Made by a program: the position numbers and the translations under genes. The notes below the pieces were generated by a model that worked only from the letters and a program-made list of their open reading frames with translations, searched no databases and had not been told where the DNA came from. Below are positions 35,702 through 48,010 of a DNA stretch of 64,000 nt, piece by piece. The stretch spans positions 1,302,001 through 1,366,000 of the forward strand of contig JBHGNT010000021.1 in assembly GCA_043228905.1 (NCBI GenBank). Direction: 5' to 3'. The stretch is from Azolla caroliniana. Taxonomy: Eukaryota; Plantae; Polypodiophyta. Every line of letters begins with the position of its first letter. The stretch's first letter is position 1.

Positions 35702-36574
35702 CTTTTTCTTGCTAATTCTCTTTTTTTTTGTTATAATAATACAAACATAGCCCACCCCCCCACCCATTTTCTCTCTCTTCTTCCAATTGAGCTTTGCCCA
35801 CACCCCACTGAAAGTCCCCCATTGGATTGGTGCAACAGAAAAACCAATGAATGAGATTGTGGAGTGTCTCCTACATCCTCGTCAGAGAAATGCCCCCTTT
35901 AAGATCTCATATTGCATCAGAATTGGGAAGCCATTCATTCCTTTGTGGATCCATTCATTACTAATTAATTCGGGTTACAAAGTTCATTCACCTCCCACCC
36001 AAAAAAGTATGTAGACTGTGATTCTGTGTGTGTGGGGGGGGGGGGGGGGAGAGAGAGAGAGAGGAAGCGACAACGTATCTTTAAAAAAAAAAAAATTTTA
36101 AAGGGGAAAAAAAGGACCACGCATTTTTCCCCTTTCAAACGTGTTCGTTTCCAAACGTTTGGATGCCTCCACGAACACGAATATTACGTTCTATGTGTCG
36201 AATTAAGTGGCAACCCTTAATGCTCAAGAAAGGTAATTAAGGAATTGCAATTGAGAGTTCCAAATGTGATTATGAGAGATATTTGTCTAGGGATTGAGCC
36301 AGATACACAATGCATGGAAAGCATAGTCAAATGTGGTTGATGATAGAACATTGTAGCTACGTGCGTTACTTGAACTTATGAACTTGTTTAGGGCATAATA
36401 ACCAAAGTTGCCAAGTCATCTCACTCATGCATCAACACCCCATAAGAGAATTTGTGGCAATTCATATGGAAGAAAAGATGCAAATGGTGGGCAAAGAGAT
36501 GGACTCTTAACATATATTTTTGAATGTAGTATCAGTGCTTAGAGAAATAAATGATTTTGTGAAAGCTCTATATG

Positions 36575-37075
36575 TTTTTTTTTTCAAAATGAAGCTACTT
36601 TCCCATTAGTTAGGAAGGATTATTACATAGAGAGTCTACAAGGAGACTTATACACATCGGGGAGTCTTCCTCCGATCAAGTAAAAAAAGATGAGCCTACT
36701 TACAATGCCTTGCGGTCTAACTTAATGTAAGAAGCTACCTATATCCAAGGTGATGCCCTTCAATGTTGCCTAGTACGAGTCGGCTCTTGGGCCTACAATG
36801 AAGAGCGGGTGGCAGGTGAGTAGGAAACAACCTACATGGGGGCTGGTAGTTCCACCTCGGGCCACTCCCGCCTTGCATCACCATAGGTGTGTTCCGCCAT
36901 TTCTGCCAAAAGCGCAAACTGGCAGAGACCACGTCGTTGGAGTGGCTGCAAACCTCTTCCAGTTGCCCTTGTAGGCAGCTGATAAGCATGAACCATATGT
37001 CCATGATCACTTCCTCCGGGGGTCGTACCATACCTTGGAAAACCTTGAAAAGCTCTATATGTTGGTTCATAGTTA
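36575..37075 (-). mobile_element. LINE 3'-end fragment with poly(A)
   Basis: Peptide EVIMDIWFMLISCLQGQ...FWQKW...PRWNYQPP resembles the ORF2 tail of the neighbouring LINE. Minus strand ends AACTAATGGGAAAAG...(A)10. Confidence 0.65.
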
Positions 37076-37367
37076 TACTGTATACATTTATTTCATTACT
37101 ATAGAAAGTACACAAAGATGCACAAATAAACATAACTATTACCTCACAAAGATAATGAAACACATAAAATAAATAATGTGTTAATGTTTTTACTAATAGG
37201 TTTTTTTTTTTTTTTTAAAGGGTTAGTTTTAACTCAAAAATTTAGGGAAGTAAAAAATTTAGTTTTAACTTAAAACTTAAAACATTAAAAATCATACCTA
37301 GACTTTACACTCTTAAAGTATTTAATAAATGTTATTGTTTAATTAATTAATTAATTAATTAATAATA

Positions 37368-40053
37368 TTTTTTCCCAAAAAAATTCCTTCCATTAGTTAT
37401 AAAGATTTTACAGATGAGATTATTATATACAAATCCCAATAGGGACACGATAGGTCCATCTTATGTGGATGCCCACTGCCTCAAGAAAGGGAGAGGACGA
37501 CCATTGTTTGATAAAGGTTAGTCATTGCCTTTCAACTCTATCAGAGTCGCCCTTGAGGCCATCATATTGGCTCTCTAGAGTGGCTACAACTTCATTCCAT
37601 ATCTCTTGCATTAACATTATTGGTTGCGCGCTTTGGTTGGAGAAGACCCGTCTACACCGTTCTTTCCATAGAATCCAAAGAGTTATTGGGCTTACCAAGT
37701 CCAACACAACTTGAGATTTGGCACTAATAGGAGTTGAGTGGATATTGCCGATGGTGGAGAAAAAAAACCTCTTGTGCTTTTATAACCAAAGTTATCCCCT
37801 CTTCTTGATGCTCATATCTATCAAATGGGGCTTGCCATGATAGCCAACATACATTCCCTCACTTGATTGAGCCTTACACCTAGCATACTTGCAATAAGCG
37901 GCCAACCCCCCGCCATATTTGATGGGACTCTGGGCAGTCCCATAGAGCATGTCGTATGGATTCTAATACAGTTGGACACGCTACACAATCAGAAGAGCTG
38001 AGGTTCCCACGCTACCATGCACCAATTGATAGTGACTTATGAATTAGCAGCCATTGGAAAGTGGCGATTTGCCTCGTGTGTTGTTGTTTCCAGAGTTTCT
38101 TGCCAAAACTTGGTGATAATTGTGTAAGGAACATGATATGTGTGCCAGACCTTTGCAACAGCCGGCTCTTGGGCGGATTGAGCGGCTATAATATTGCGAC
38201 CCAATCTAGTTGTGAATTGAAAGAAAGGGATAGGTTTGCTTCCTTGCTTCGCGTAAGGATCACACCATGTCCATAGCAAACGGTCCCAATTGACCTTACG
38301 TAGCCATGTGTTTTCATGAGTACATATGTGCCAATCTGGTTGTACTTTGATCGGATCAGGGTCTACAATCCATTTATGCCCAGTATATGCTAGTACTCGA
38401 ATTGAATTGCCTTATGTTGTGTTGATTTCTCGTTGTCCTGCAATTCAGAGCCTTCGATCCTGTCCAGTGTGTCCCTACCTCTTGGGATCAAAGCGCCCTC
38501 CTCCTTGTAGCCTATCCATTTCTTCGGTGTCGTCCTTTGATGAGCAACTTCCCTAATCAATAGAGCATTAATGATTTCAGATCTCATATCCCATCCGCCC
38601 CTAATTCCATGGAGGATGTTGGCTTGGTCTTGTATTGGCAATGACATAAACCGTCTCCAACATTCTATACTTTTTCTTGGACCTTCTAACATGTATCCCC
38701 ATGACAACCCCTTACTTGATCCAATTAGTTGATTAGATTCATCCCTAATACATGGGTTCCATAGGATACGTTGACTGAGCCAGGCAGGTTCGGAATTGGG
38801 TTGATCGCACTTGAGTCCTCGTCTAATGTCACACCACGCCTTCCACATGGATGCACTAAATCTATCCTCCAGTTGGTGGGAGAAACTAGGTTTGAGATCC
38901 ATGTTTAGAATCCATCCAGTTTGGGGGGCCCAATTGGTCCCTTTTCGTGGCCTAAAGTAAGCGAAGCGTAATCGCAATAACATTTTCCAGCAGTCATTCC
39001 CTGGTTGGAGTCCTCGCACCACAAATTTGGCGATTAGGGCTTTGATTGTGAGAGGGGATAAATAAGACCCAAATTTGTGTGAGTAATACCTGGTTTGCCA
39101 TTATGATGCGCCCCGCTACCGAGAGGTTTTTCGAACTCCAATGTATTAACTTTGGTCAAATGGAGCGAATAACTGGTGTAATCATAGTCTCCGAAGGTAT
39201 GTTGAACCCAATTTGGAAACCCAAATATTTGGTGCTCGCTCCTTGATTGATCCACTTGAAAGCAGGATCTGGGTGCCACGCAGGATGTACTTCATGAGAG
39301 AGCCATACTGCACAGGATTTGTGCCAATTTATCATGACGTTGGATCTCTTGCAAAATACGTCTAAACCATTTTCTAGCTTTTATAAATTTTCCAAGTTGT
39401 CTTGCAAGTAGACTGCGGTGTCACCTGCAAATTCTATATCTAGGAGGCTTTGGTGAGAATGTGGCACACAAAGACCACGTAGGCTTAGATGTCGCGAGTT
39501 GAGAAAGCTGGAGAGTGTTTCGGCGTATAATAGAAATAAGGATGGAGCTAGTGGGTAGCCTGGTCGTACAGACCACGATATTCGGAAGAAAGGGCCTCTT
39601 TCACCTGCTAGTGAAACGCAGTTGGTGGCGTTCCTATAAAGTCCTGCAATGCATTTGATCAATGACTCGTGAAAGCCGAGTTTCCCCATCACACTTTCTA
39701 GAAATTTCTAGCATACCCTGTCATATGCTTTCTCAAAATCTAGGAGCACCACAATTACCCTATTGTTGGTACGCTTGGCAAGGGCTACTGCTTCCAAAAT
39801 GAGAAGAGGTTGTCTAGGATGCTCTGATTTCTAACAAAACCTGTCTGGGACGGATGAATGAGTTGAGGGAGAAGTGGTGCTAAGCAGCGTGCCACGATTT
39901 TTGCGAGCAACTTATAGACAATATTGAGGAGAGTTATGGGCCGCCACTTACTAATGTCATTGGCACTCCCACCACTTTTAGGAATGAGATGTATCATCCC
40001 CTGTCCAAATTCCTCAGGCATGTTTCCTGAGGTGATGATCTCCTCATATGCCT
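37368..40053 (-). mobile_element. 5'-truncated L1-like LINE (RT plus zf-RVT), degenerate
   Basis: RT motifs LIPK, WRPITLLNIVYKLLAK, QTGFV, LDFEKAYDR, RPGYPLAPSLF and FAGD. C-terminal LWILWKERCRRVF. Many stops and frameshifts. Confidence 0.88.
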
Positions 40054-40735
40054 AAAATTTCAATTAATATCATTAGTAAAGAATAAATATTTGAGAATAT
40101 ATATGATTATTACATGATGATAATATTATTTTCAGCGTGTTATTAAAAACATATAATTTTTTGGAAAAAAAACATATAGTATAAATATATTATTATACAC
40201 ACTTCAAAGTTCATAGTATCCGTAATAAGTGGCATATGTTTAATGTTTATATAATATATATGACATGGAAAATAGAATTTTAGCATGTCATTTGACATGC
40301 ATAATTTGTAGGGGCCTTTCACATAAAAATGGAAATTTAAATTTTATATGTCACTTGACGGGCATTTTTATTATGTGTATGTTTTTGACAGGCAAAATGG
40401 CCTTTGACGGGCATGATACCCATCAAATTCTTGCCCTGGGATTCCTCGTTCAATAACCAGTTCCATGCCCATGGTCTTAACGGTAAGTGATTGAAGTCTA
40501 AAAAAGTAGAATAAATATACGGAGAGAGTGTTAAGGCCATATACATCCTGTAATGTCCAATTGGGCAGGTCGGGGTCTCATAGAGACGATAGTAGTTTCG
40601 AGAACTTGGAGAAGATGAGGGTAATTTGAGAATTAAGGGAAACTTGTGGAGCAGGGGTATATATATAAATTATCCAAATCCATAGTCATGACTCATGACT
40701 AATAGTGTTTTTCTTTTTCTGGTTCAGTCTTCTAT

Positions 40736-40770
40736 CTCTGCTAAACCCTAAATTCCTCTGCTAAACCCTA
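40736..40770 (+). promoter_or_regulatory. Duplicated telo-box in KRI1 leader
   Basis: CTCTGCTAAACCCTA occurs twice just before the ATG; TATATATAA at ~40660. Telo-boxes are typical of plant ribosome-biogenesis genes. Confidence 0.6.
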
Positions 40771-40777
40771 CCGAGCC

Positions 40778-43339
40778 ATGGCTAGGTCCAAGGCCAGGTC
40801 TCTGTTCGAAGAAGAAGAAGAAGAAATAGAAGGCGAAGAGGAAGAGAAAGCAAAGGAGAAGACATGTACTTCGTCTTCTGTCTCAGGCGAGGTTCTGAGA
40901 GTGAACCAAGAATACGCCAAGCGTTTCACACACAACAAGCAGAGAGAAGCTCTCCATCGCTTGCAGGAACTGAAGAAGAGTGGACGCGTTGTAGATTCCT
41001 CCGATGATGAAGACGACGAAGACGACGAATCTTCTGACGACGGCCTCCTTCCTGTTCGCACAGAGGTAAGAATCTTCGATACCCTTGCAAAGATTCGGAA
41101 GAAAGATCCCTCCATCTACTCGGAAGATTCCAAATTCTTCGATGATGATGATGATAATGGAAACGGTGATGATGACCAAGAAGAAAAAGGTTCTTTGAAG
41201 TTAGTGAGAAACAAAAGACACAAAACGCAGGAAAATGAAGATTCTAAGTTCTCTGAATCCGGAGGGAGCGACGATGAACCGAAAAGTAACAAGCTGCAAA
41301 AGCAGCAAAAGCCGGTGTATCTGAAAGATGCCATAGCCAAACAACTTATAGAAGATGGGTCTGATTTTGATGAAGATGGCATGAAGGAAAAGGAACAGAT
41401 AAAAAAGATGAATTACAAGAAAAATGTGCGTACATATGCAGAGGAGCTAGAAGAGTTGAAGAATGAGTTTCTTAGCAGTGTAAAGATTGATGTTGAAGAA
41501 GAAGATGGAGGTAGAAACGGTAAGAGTTTTCTTAAGCTTCGAAAGAAAGATTCCTCTGAGGTCCAAGAAGATGTGCCACAATCCGTTGAAGATATGGAGA
41601 TTGCTCATAGGTTAGAAGAGTACTTTGGTGGAGATGATAAGCTCGATGAGAGCGAGAAATTTCTTAAAGAGTATCTTCTTAAGAAGAGCTGGATAGATGA
41701 AGATGAAGACAAAATTCCTTCATATGATGAGATAGTTGGCCAGATCATTGACGATGAAGAAGAGCTTGAAAAGCAAGAGAAATTTGAAGCTGATTATAAT
41801 TATCGGTTCGAAGAAGGAGTGGGGTCACAAGTAATGGGGCATTCTAGAATAATAGATGATTCAGCTCGAAGGAAGGATGATTCGAGGAAGCAGAAGAGGT
41901 TGAAGAAGAAAGAGAGGCTATCCGAAGTGGCTTTAGAAAGGAGAGAAGAGTTGAAGAGATTGAAGAATATAAAAAAGAGAGAGATACTTGAGAAGTTGGA
42001 TAGGATTAGGAGTGTTGCAGGGGCTAAGGAATCAGACCAAAAGCTACTTGAAACAATAGGAGGAGATGACCTTGAAGAGGAATTTGATCCTGAAGAGTAT
42101 GATAAGAAGATGAGAGAGGCGTTTGGAGAGGAGTATTATGGAGCTGAAGATGTGGATGAGAACTTTCAAGGCCATGAAATTGATGAGAAACCAGATTTTG
42201 ATGCAGAGGATGAGATCCTTGGCTTAGGGAATGGTTGGGATGACTATGGGGTTGGGAACAAAGGTACTGGTTTTGTTGCCGCTCGAAAGAAAGCAAAGGA
42301 GTTGAAATTGATCAGTTCAGAGCTTGATGGCGAAGATGATGATGATGATGGAGGAGGTGGAGAAGAGGAGGAGGAGGAGGTGGAGGAGGAGGAGGAAGAA
42401 GAAGAAGAAGAAGAAGAAGATGGTGCAACTCTTAAAGAAGTAGGTTTTTCTGAAGAGTTGGGAACTGGAAAGTCTGTAGGTGTTTCGAAGAGAAAGAAGA
42501 AAGCCAAAATATCCCTCCGAGAGAAGCTTGCCTTTGATAAAGAATTGGAAGAATATTATAAACTAGATTATGAGGATATTATAGGGGACTTGCCTACAAG
42601 ATTCAAATATAGGCAAGTAAAACCTAGTATGTATGGTCTTACACCAGCAGAAGTCCTTGCTGCAGATGATAAAGATTTGAATCAGTATGTATCCTTGAGA
42701 AAGATCGCCCCTTACACCACAGAGGAATGGAAGCCAAAATGGCGTTTCCAAGTTAGCCAGAAACTAAGAAAGAAAAAGGCCTTGAAAAGGCAAAGTACAG
42801 TTGAAGATGATCCTGACATGAAAGAAACTGTCAATGTTACCTCGAAAAGTAAAAAGAAAAAGGCCCTGAAGACGCAGAGTTTTGTTCAAGAAGATCGTAA
42901 CTCAGGCAAACTTGACAATACAAGCCAGAAAAGTAGAAAGAAAAAGGATTCAGAGAAGGAAAATATAGTTAATGATGATTGTAGCTTGAATGGGCTCAAT
43001 GATGCTAGCCATAAAAGTAGAAAGAAGAAGGATTTGAAGGAAAATATTATTAGTGATAGTCCTAGATTGAATGGGCTAAACAATGTTAGTGAGAAAAGCA
43101 AAAAGAAAAAGAAGGAAAAGGATTTGGAAAAGAGCTCAACACCGAGTAAAGATGATCCTGGCCTTCTTAATGTTTCTCTACCCCCATCAATGCTGGATCC
43201 TCATCAAGTAGTCGAAGGGGAAAAGGGATTGAAGAAAAAGAGGAAACGGCGAAAGAAAGGGCTTTCTCTTTCAGAGTCTCGTCTCATTGCATATGGAAAG
43301 ATTGCACAACCATCGTCAAAGAAAAGGAAGCGTACTTGA
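40778..43339 (+). CDS. KRI1: KRI1 homolog (40S ribosome biogenesis, KRR1-interacting)
   Basis: 853-aa intact single-exon ORF. Motifs LRVNQEYAKRFTHNKQREAL, YNYRFEE and Kri1_C (EEYYKLDYEDIIGDLPTRFKYR...EVLAADDKDLNQYVSLRKIAPY), with acidic and basic tracts. Confidence 0.95.
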   Translation: MARSKARSLFEEEEEEIEGEEEEKAKEKTCTSSSVSGEVLRVNQEYAKRFTHNKQREALHRLQELKKSGRVVDSSDDEDDEDDESSDDGLLPVRTEVRIFDTLAKIRKKDPSIYSEDSKFFDDDDDNGNGDDDQEEKGSLKLVRNKRHKTQENEDSKFSESGGSDDEPKSNKLQKQQKPVYLKDAIAKQLIEDGSDFDEDGMKEKEQIKKMNYKKNVRTYAEELEELKNEFLSSVKIDVEEEDGGRNGKSFLKLRKKDSSEVQEDVPQSVEDMEIAHRLEEYFGGDDKLDESEKFLKEYLLKKSWIDEDEDKIPSYDEIVGQIIDDEEELEKQEKFEADYNYRFEEGVGSQVMGHSRIIDDSARRKDDSRKQKRLKKKERLSEVALERREELKRLKNIKKREILEKLDRIRSVAGAKESDQKLLETIGGDDLEEEFDPEEYDKKMREAFGEEYYGAEDVDENFQGHEIDEKPDFDAEDEILGLGNGWDDYGVGNKGTGFVAARKKAKELKLISSELDGEDDDDDGGGGEEEEEEVEEEEEEEEEEEEDGATLKEVGFSEELGTGKSVGVSKRKKKAKISLREKLAFDKELEEYYKLDYEDIIGDLPTRFKYRQVKPSMYGLTPAEVLAADDKDLNQYVSLRKIAPYTTEEWKPKWRFQVSQKLRKKKALKRQSTVEDDPDMKETVNVTSKSKKKKALKTQSFVQEDRNSGKLDNTSQKSRKKKDSEKENIVNDDCSLNGLNDASHKSRKKKDLKENIISDSPRLNGLNNVSEKSKKKKKEKDLEKSSTPSKDDPGLLNVSLPPSMLDPHQVVEGEKGLKKKRKRRKKGLSLSESRLIAYGKIAQPSSKKRKRT

Positions 43340-45819
43340 TCATATCTCATATGGGTATGACTTACATTTTCATTTTTTTTCATAACTTTAAAGTGAAGCA
43401 TAAGGACCCTGTGACTGATTCTAGGTTATGCTCTTTGAGAATCATTTTTCCAATTTAATGGAGTAACATAAGCATATCCTCTGCTACCCCTATATATGTG
43501 TCTCCATATCCATCTGTCCTTTGGACGCATGATTTTTTATGTAAAGTGTAGGTCAAGATGCATGCCAAATGTGGTTCTTTTAAATCGTCTTGGCATACAT
43601 ATTCTTATAAATTACCTGTGAGAGTAAATTTCATTTGATATTCATGAGTCCCTTGGACTGTGATTTTCTCAGCATAATGGTAAGGTCATTTTGCTGAATG
43701 GCATTGTTTTAGTCAATTTGAGATATGCTTTCCTAATGACAATTGATGAGAGTTATTTTCAATTGATGTTCAGTTCTTATATTTTTAAAAATTCTCATAA
43801 GCTTGGGATGTAATCTTTTAAATATGCATTGAGCATCATTACCTGAGATTTTTGATTGCTTGAGATGTAATTACAATTGTTTTTTTTCCCAAAAAAAAAC
43901 ATTACAATTGTTTTTATAAAGTGGATGCCAAATTTTTTAAGGTTAATTAAGTTTGCACTCTTTTATGAAGTTGGGATTGTGATTTGACCTCTATCTAAAT
44001 GGATCTCCATTTCTGTTATGCATAGTCTTCTCTTTTTCTACCCTTGCAATTGCCACAAATAATTTGAAATTTTGTATCACTAAGACACATGATTCCAATA
44101 TATACGTTACCTGTTTCGTACACAGTCGTAAAGTATATCTTTTTGTACACCATTTGACTGCCAATCTGTACAAAGATGCTTGTACAGCATTGGTAAGCAT
44201 GATTTTCCATGACATTTTCTAGTGCCACATACAGCATTGGTAAGCAGTTTTCTTTGAGATGACAACGTGTGGCCATCTCTCTCCCTACTTTGAGGTAAAA
44301 GGGGCTTGGTTGTATTGGGATCATTCATGCTCTATGGTGTGTTTATTTATATATCCTTTGGGAGCCTTGAAGACTGTGTGCACACTATTCATATGTTTTT
44401 CGATGCCTTAGATATTGAAAATCCATCTTTATGTGATTTACAAATCTTTAATAGAACTGTTGTGCAACCTCTTATCATTGAAGGAGAATGTTGTAACTTT
44501 ACTTACCACAAGTTTTGTGAACATGAAAATGGGGCCGATTGACTATTCAATGCCTTGAATAATGTTTTTCCCATATTAGATAGAGTTTTGATGTTTTATG
44601 TAATGAGGTTGTGTCTATATACTCAACTCATTGTCTCTCTACAGAAATTGATAAAATATAACTTGTGTACTTTTAATCTTAATGCCTCAAATAGATGTGA
44701 CCTCTGGTTCTTTTTGGTTGAACAATATCTAAGAGCAAAAGTTGATGGTTGTATTCTCACTTTCTTTCCTTTGAGTTAGTGAATTGATGTCAATTGTGCT
44801 TGCCACCCAACGTAGAACATCATCCCTTTCAGAATTGAGGATGTAGCTCAAATTATTGGTTTCGAGGTTTGTTCTTATTAAACGTTATTAAACTACCAAT
44901 CACGCACAATGAATGCCTCTCATTGGTAGTATGAACCCGCCTTGAGACAAAACATTTGGATAAAACAAATGTTCATGCACTACCATCACTGGGTCACTAC
45001 AATTTCCATATCCTTGGTAATGCTCCTTGAAATATAGGTGATAAAACCACTAAACTAGGGGGAATTATTAGGATCCACAAGTAAATGCCATAACATGCTA
45101 GGTGTCCTATACACACATTGATCCATGTTTTGTTCCTCAACCAACATAACATGCAATCAGGAAGGTTGTTGTAAATAAGCCATAACAGTTGAGGATCATG
45201 GGCAAAAGAGTTTTGCATAGATGATGTCAATTGTTGGTTTTTGGTGTTGGATGTAGAATCACTTCTTTTGAACAACATCCCTTATGCTTGTTTGCTACAA
45301 TAAGTGTGGTTCGTCGTGGCCATCAAGTGTCATCTTGGGTTGTAATGGAGGATGTTGAATATCAGTAATCTACTACAACCAATTGTAGTGCCGCACTTTT
45401 ATTGATTGTACCTCCTACAATGATATTTGAGGGTTAATCAAGAATAAATCAAAATGTTCGACATGTAAGTTAGATGGTTATTCTTGAGGTTGATTTTACA
45501 TTCAACTAAGTGTATATAAACACATTAGTACTTAAATCAATTAATACACAATGGGAAGGGAGTCAACACAGTAATTAGTTGCAAAGAAAACTTAATCATA
45601 TATTCTCCCTCGTTTATTGTTGTACATGATGTTTACATATAAGTGGGGGTGAAAGAGTAAAGATGGTGCCGCCATCACTTGTTTTGTACGTCATTCCTCC
45701 TTGACTTCCACATGCTCTTGAGTGAGCCTTACATTCACATATTTTACCATTTTATTACAGGGGTGCCAATTCTTTTAATATAAAAAATCTCCTTTTTTTC
45801 CCTTTGTCGATCTTTATAT

Positions 45820-46756
45820 TGTGGTGTGCATGTGTTTATTTGTGCCACCCTTTTAGCACACCCTTTTTAGGATGCATGTACCTAAGCTGACCCACCCTTT
45901 TAGCAAACCCTTTTTAGCTATGCCAACCCAAATGGGTACCTTTGTATGAACTATAAATTGAGTAAGAAGTAAGAAGCTAACGGGTCTGGTTTTGATCTCT
46001 TATGTGCATTTCACATATTGGTGGAGAAGTGGGGATCTCTATCCGCCTTTAGCCCTCATGTCCCCCACCTCAGCCAAGTCTAGGTGGCCCTCAGTCCACA
46101 TGAGTGATTGATCTCTATCCGCCTTTAGCGCTCATGTCCCCCACCTCAGCCAAGTCTAGGTGGCCCTCAGTCCAAAGGAGTGATTGATCTCAATCCCCCT
46201 ATAGCTCTCTTGTCCCCCACCTCAGCCAAGTTCAAATGGCCCTCAGTCCACAAGAGCGGTTGATCTCTATCCGCCTATAGCTCTCTTGTCCCCCACCTCA
46301 GCCAAGTCCAAGTGGCCCTCAGTCCACATGAGTGATTGATCTTTATCCGCCAATTGCGGGCTCGTACACGATAGCCTGCTTGTCCCCCCAGATATTTACG
46401 TCCCCATACCATCCTCAAACAATTTACCTCACCGAACGCCGCAACAAGACCCTCAAGAAGGAGATTGCCGCTTACATCGATCCATGCCACAAAACCTGGG
46501 ATCAAATCTTGCCTTTCGTCACCCAAGCCTACAATACATCCATACAGGCGTCGACATGGATCAACCCTCGCCTCCCACCAAAATCGTCCATTGATGTCCA
46601 TTCGAAACCTGCCAACATGGATAATGCCACTTGGGAGCTCTATCTCCAATAGATGCTCCCCCTCCTTTGACAAGCCAGTTCTCATGTTCCTGTCCTGTTC
46701 CTCGATGTCTTGTTTCTCTTAGGGGGGAAATGTGGTGTGCATGTGTGCATTTCACA
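45820..46756 (+). mobile_element. Small non-autonomous gypsy-derived LTR element (TRIM-like)
   Basis: 5' LTR 45820-46015 (TGTGG...TTCACA). PBS TGGTGGAGAAGTGGGG at 46019. 76-bp array. Integrase fragment SPYHPQT..ERRNKTLK...WDQILPFVTQAYN. PPT AGGGGGGAAA at 46721-46730. Collapsed 3' LTR 46731-46756. 4-bp TSD ATAT. Confidence 0.8.
46034..46351. repeat. 76-bp tandem array, 4 units plus a partial
   Basis: Unit starts (GATCT.) at 46034, 46110, 46186, 46262 and 46338. Confidence 0.93.
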
Positions 46757-47357
46757 ATATCAATGTCCTTTGTTGGAATATGATATTGGACCTCAATGTG
46801 CTATGTTTGTTCATGGATTACTAGGATCTATGTACTACAATTGACTAGGCCTCCTTTGCCAATTATACGCTTGAGCTAGACGACTTCACAAGCGGCTACA
46901 ATTGTGCTCCATCCCCCGCATTCCTACACGATAGAGCCATTTTAGGTCTCTTTTTGTTACTTCAAGGTATGGTGCCACTTCCTAGTGAGAATGCGAAGCG
47001 TGTTCTGAATGATAAGATTTATCAAACTATTGGCCCAATATGCATTCGTATAGCGTCCGGGTCAAATTGGAACTCCCACCTTTCTAGAGTATGTTGCAAT
47101 GCAACTGCAACTCAAGGAATCTGACTTGAGGAAATTTACATCCAAAGAAATTTACATTAGAGGAAACTTTTCATTCAAGGAAATCCTTCCCCTCTTACCG
47201 AATTCACAAGTCGACCTCTTTTTATTTTTGTTTTATTGTAATTAGCTTACCTTAGTGGTAAGTCATTTACACTACTAGCAACACCTCTTGGGTTCGAAAC
47301 CCAATTTTCTCACCTGTCTATTACTCTATAGATATCTCTTATTTCACTAGATGCCAC

Positions 47358-47430
47358 TATGGAATGTAGGGATTGAACCCATGATCACTTGGTCTCCATT
47401 GGGCAACCTTACCAATTGAGCTACATCCAT
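47358..47430 (-). pseudogene. tRNA-derived SINE head or tRNA pseudogene
   Basis: Minus strand ATGGATGTAGCTCAATTGGTAAGG...ATGGGTTCAATCCCTACATTCCAT: A and B boxes at tRNA spacing, imperfect acceptor and T stems. A related decayed copy lies at ~63620-63700. Confidence 0.65.
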
Positions 47431-47559
47431 CTAGCCCGACCCCCCCCCCCCCCCCCGTCTCTCTTGTTGAACTGATGCTTAAGTGATTAACATGGATTAG
47501 GGCTAATCAACTTGACTAGTATTAATAATAGACCCTAGATTAAAACCAAACGTTAGTTT

Positions 47560-48010
47560 TACAAGAATATCCCTTTCAAAATAGGGTTTCAACGCAATTA
47601 CAAAGAGTGATTACAATGTTTATTACAAGAGTTAGGCCGGTTAATATTGTTAGTATGCCAACGGTTGAGCTAACAATGAGGATCCCAATTTCATGGTCTT
47701 CGATGGGCCCAACTATGATCAACGACTATGTCACCTCTTGTTGATGTGGGGTACCTTGTGCCACTTCGAGCTTCCTTCCTCAATTGATGAACTAAATCGT
47801 CTTCCAACTTCTTCCCTACACGTTGGCATAGCATGTTATAATAGCTCGGTGAAGGAGAAGAAGATCCCAAAACAAAAATAGAAGAAGATGAAGAAGAGGT
47901 GGTTGAAACTCCACTCTCACATTCAACACTCTTCCAACACTAAACTCCAAGTAAGAAAAAAGAGGAGACAAAACCCTAAACTTAGAACCTAAAAGCCTCC
48001 AAAACCTTTG
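47560..48010 (-). mobile_element. LTR-like dispersed repeat relic, copy 2
   Basis: Reverse-complement similarity to 8450-8600. Boundaries are approximate. Confidence 0.45.

Noticed and set aside
40768-43401. Ser/Phe-rich ORFs antisense to KRI1
   Set aside because: They mirror the GAA/GAT/AAG codon runs of KRI1.
46034-46351. CRISPR-like array next to an integrase fragment
   Set aside because: The units are contiguous near-identical repeats with no unique spacers, there are no cas genes, and the array lies within an LTR element.
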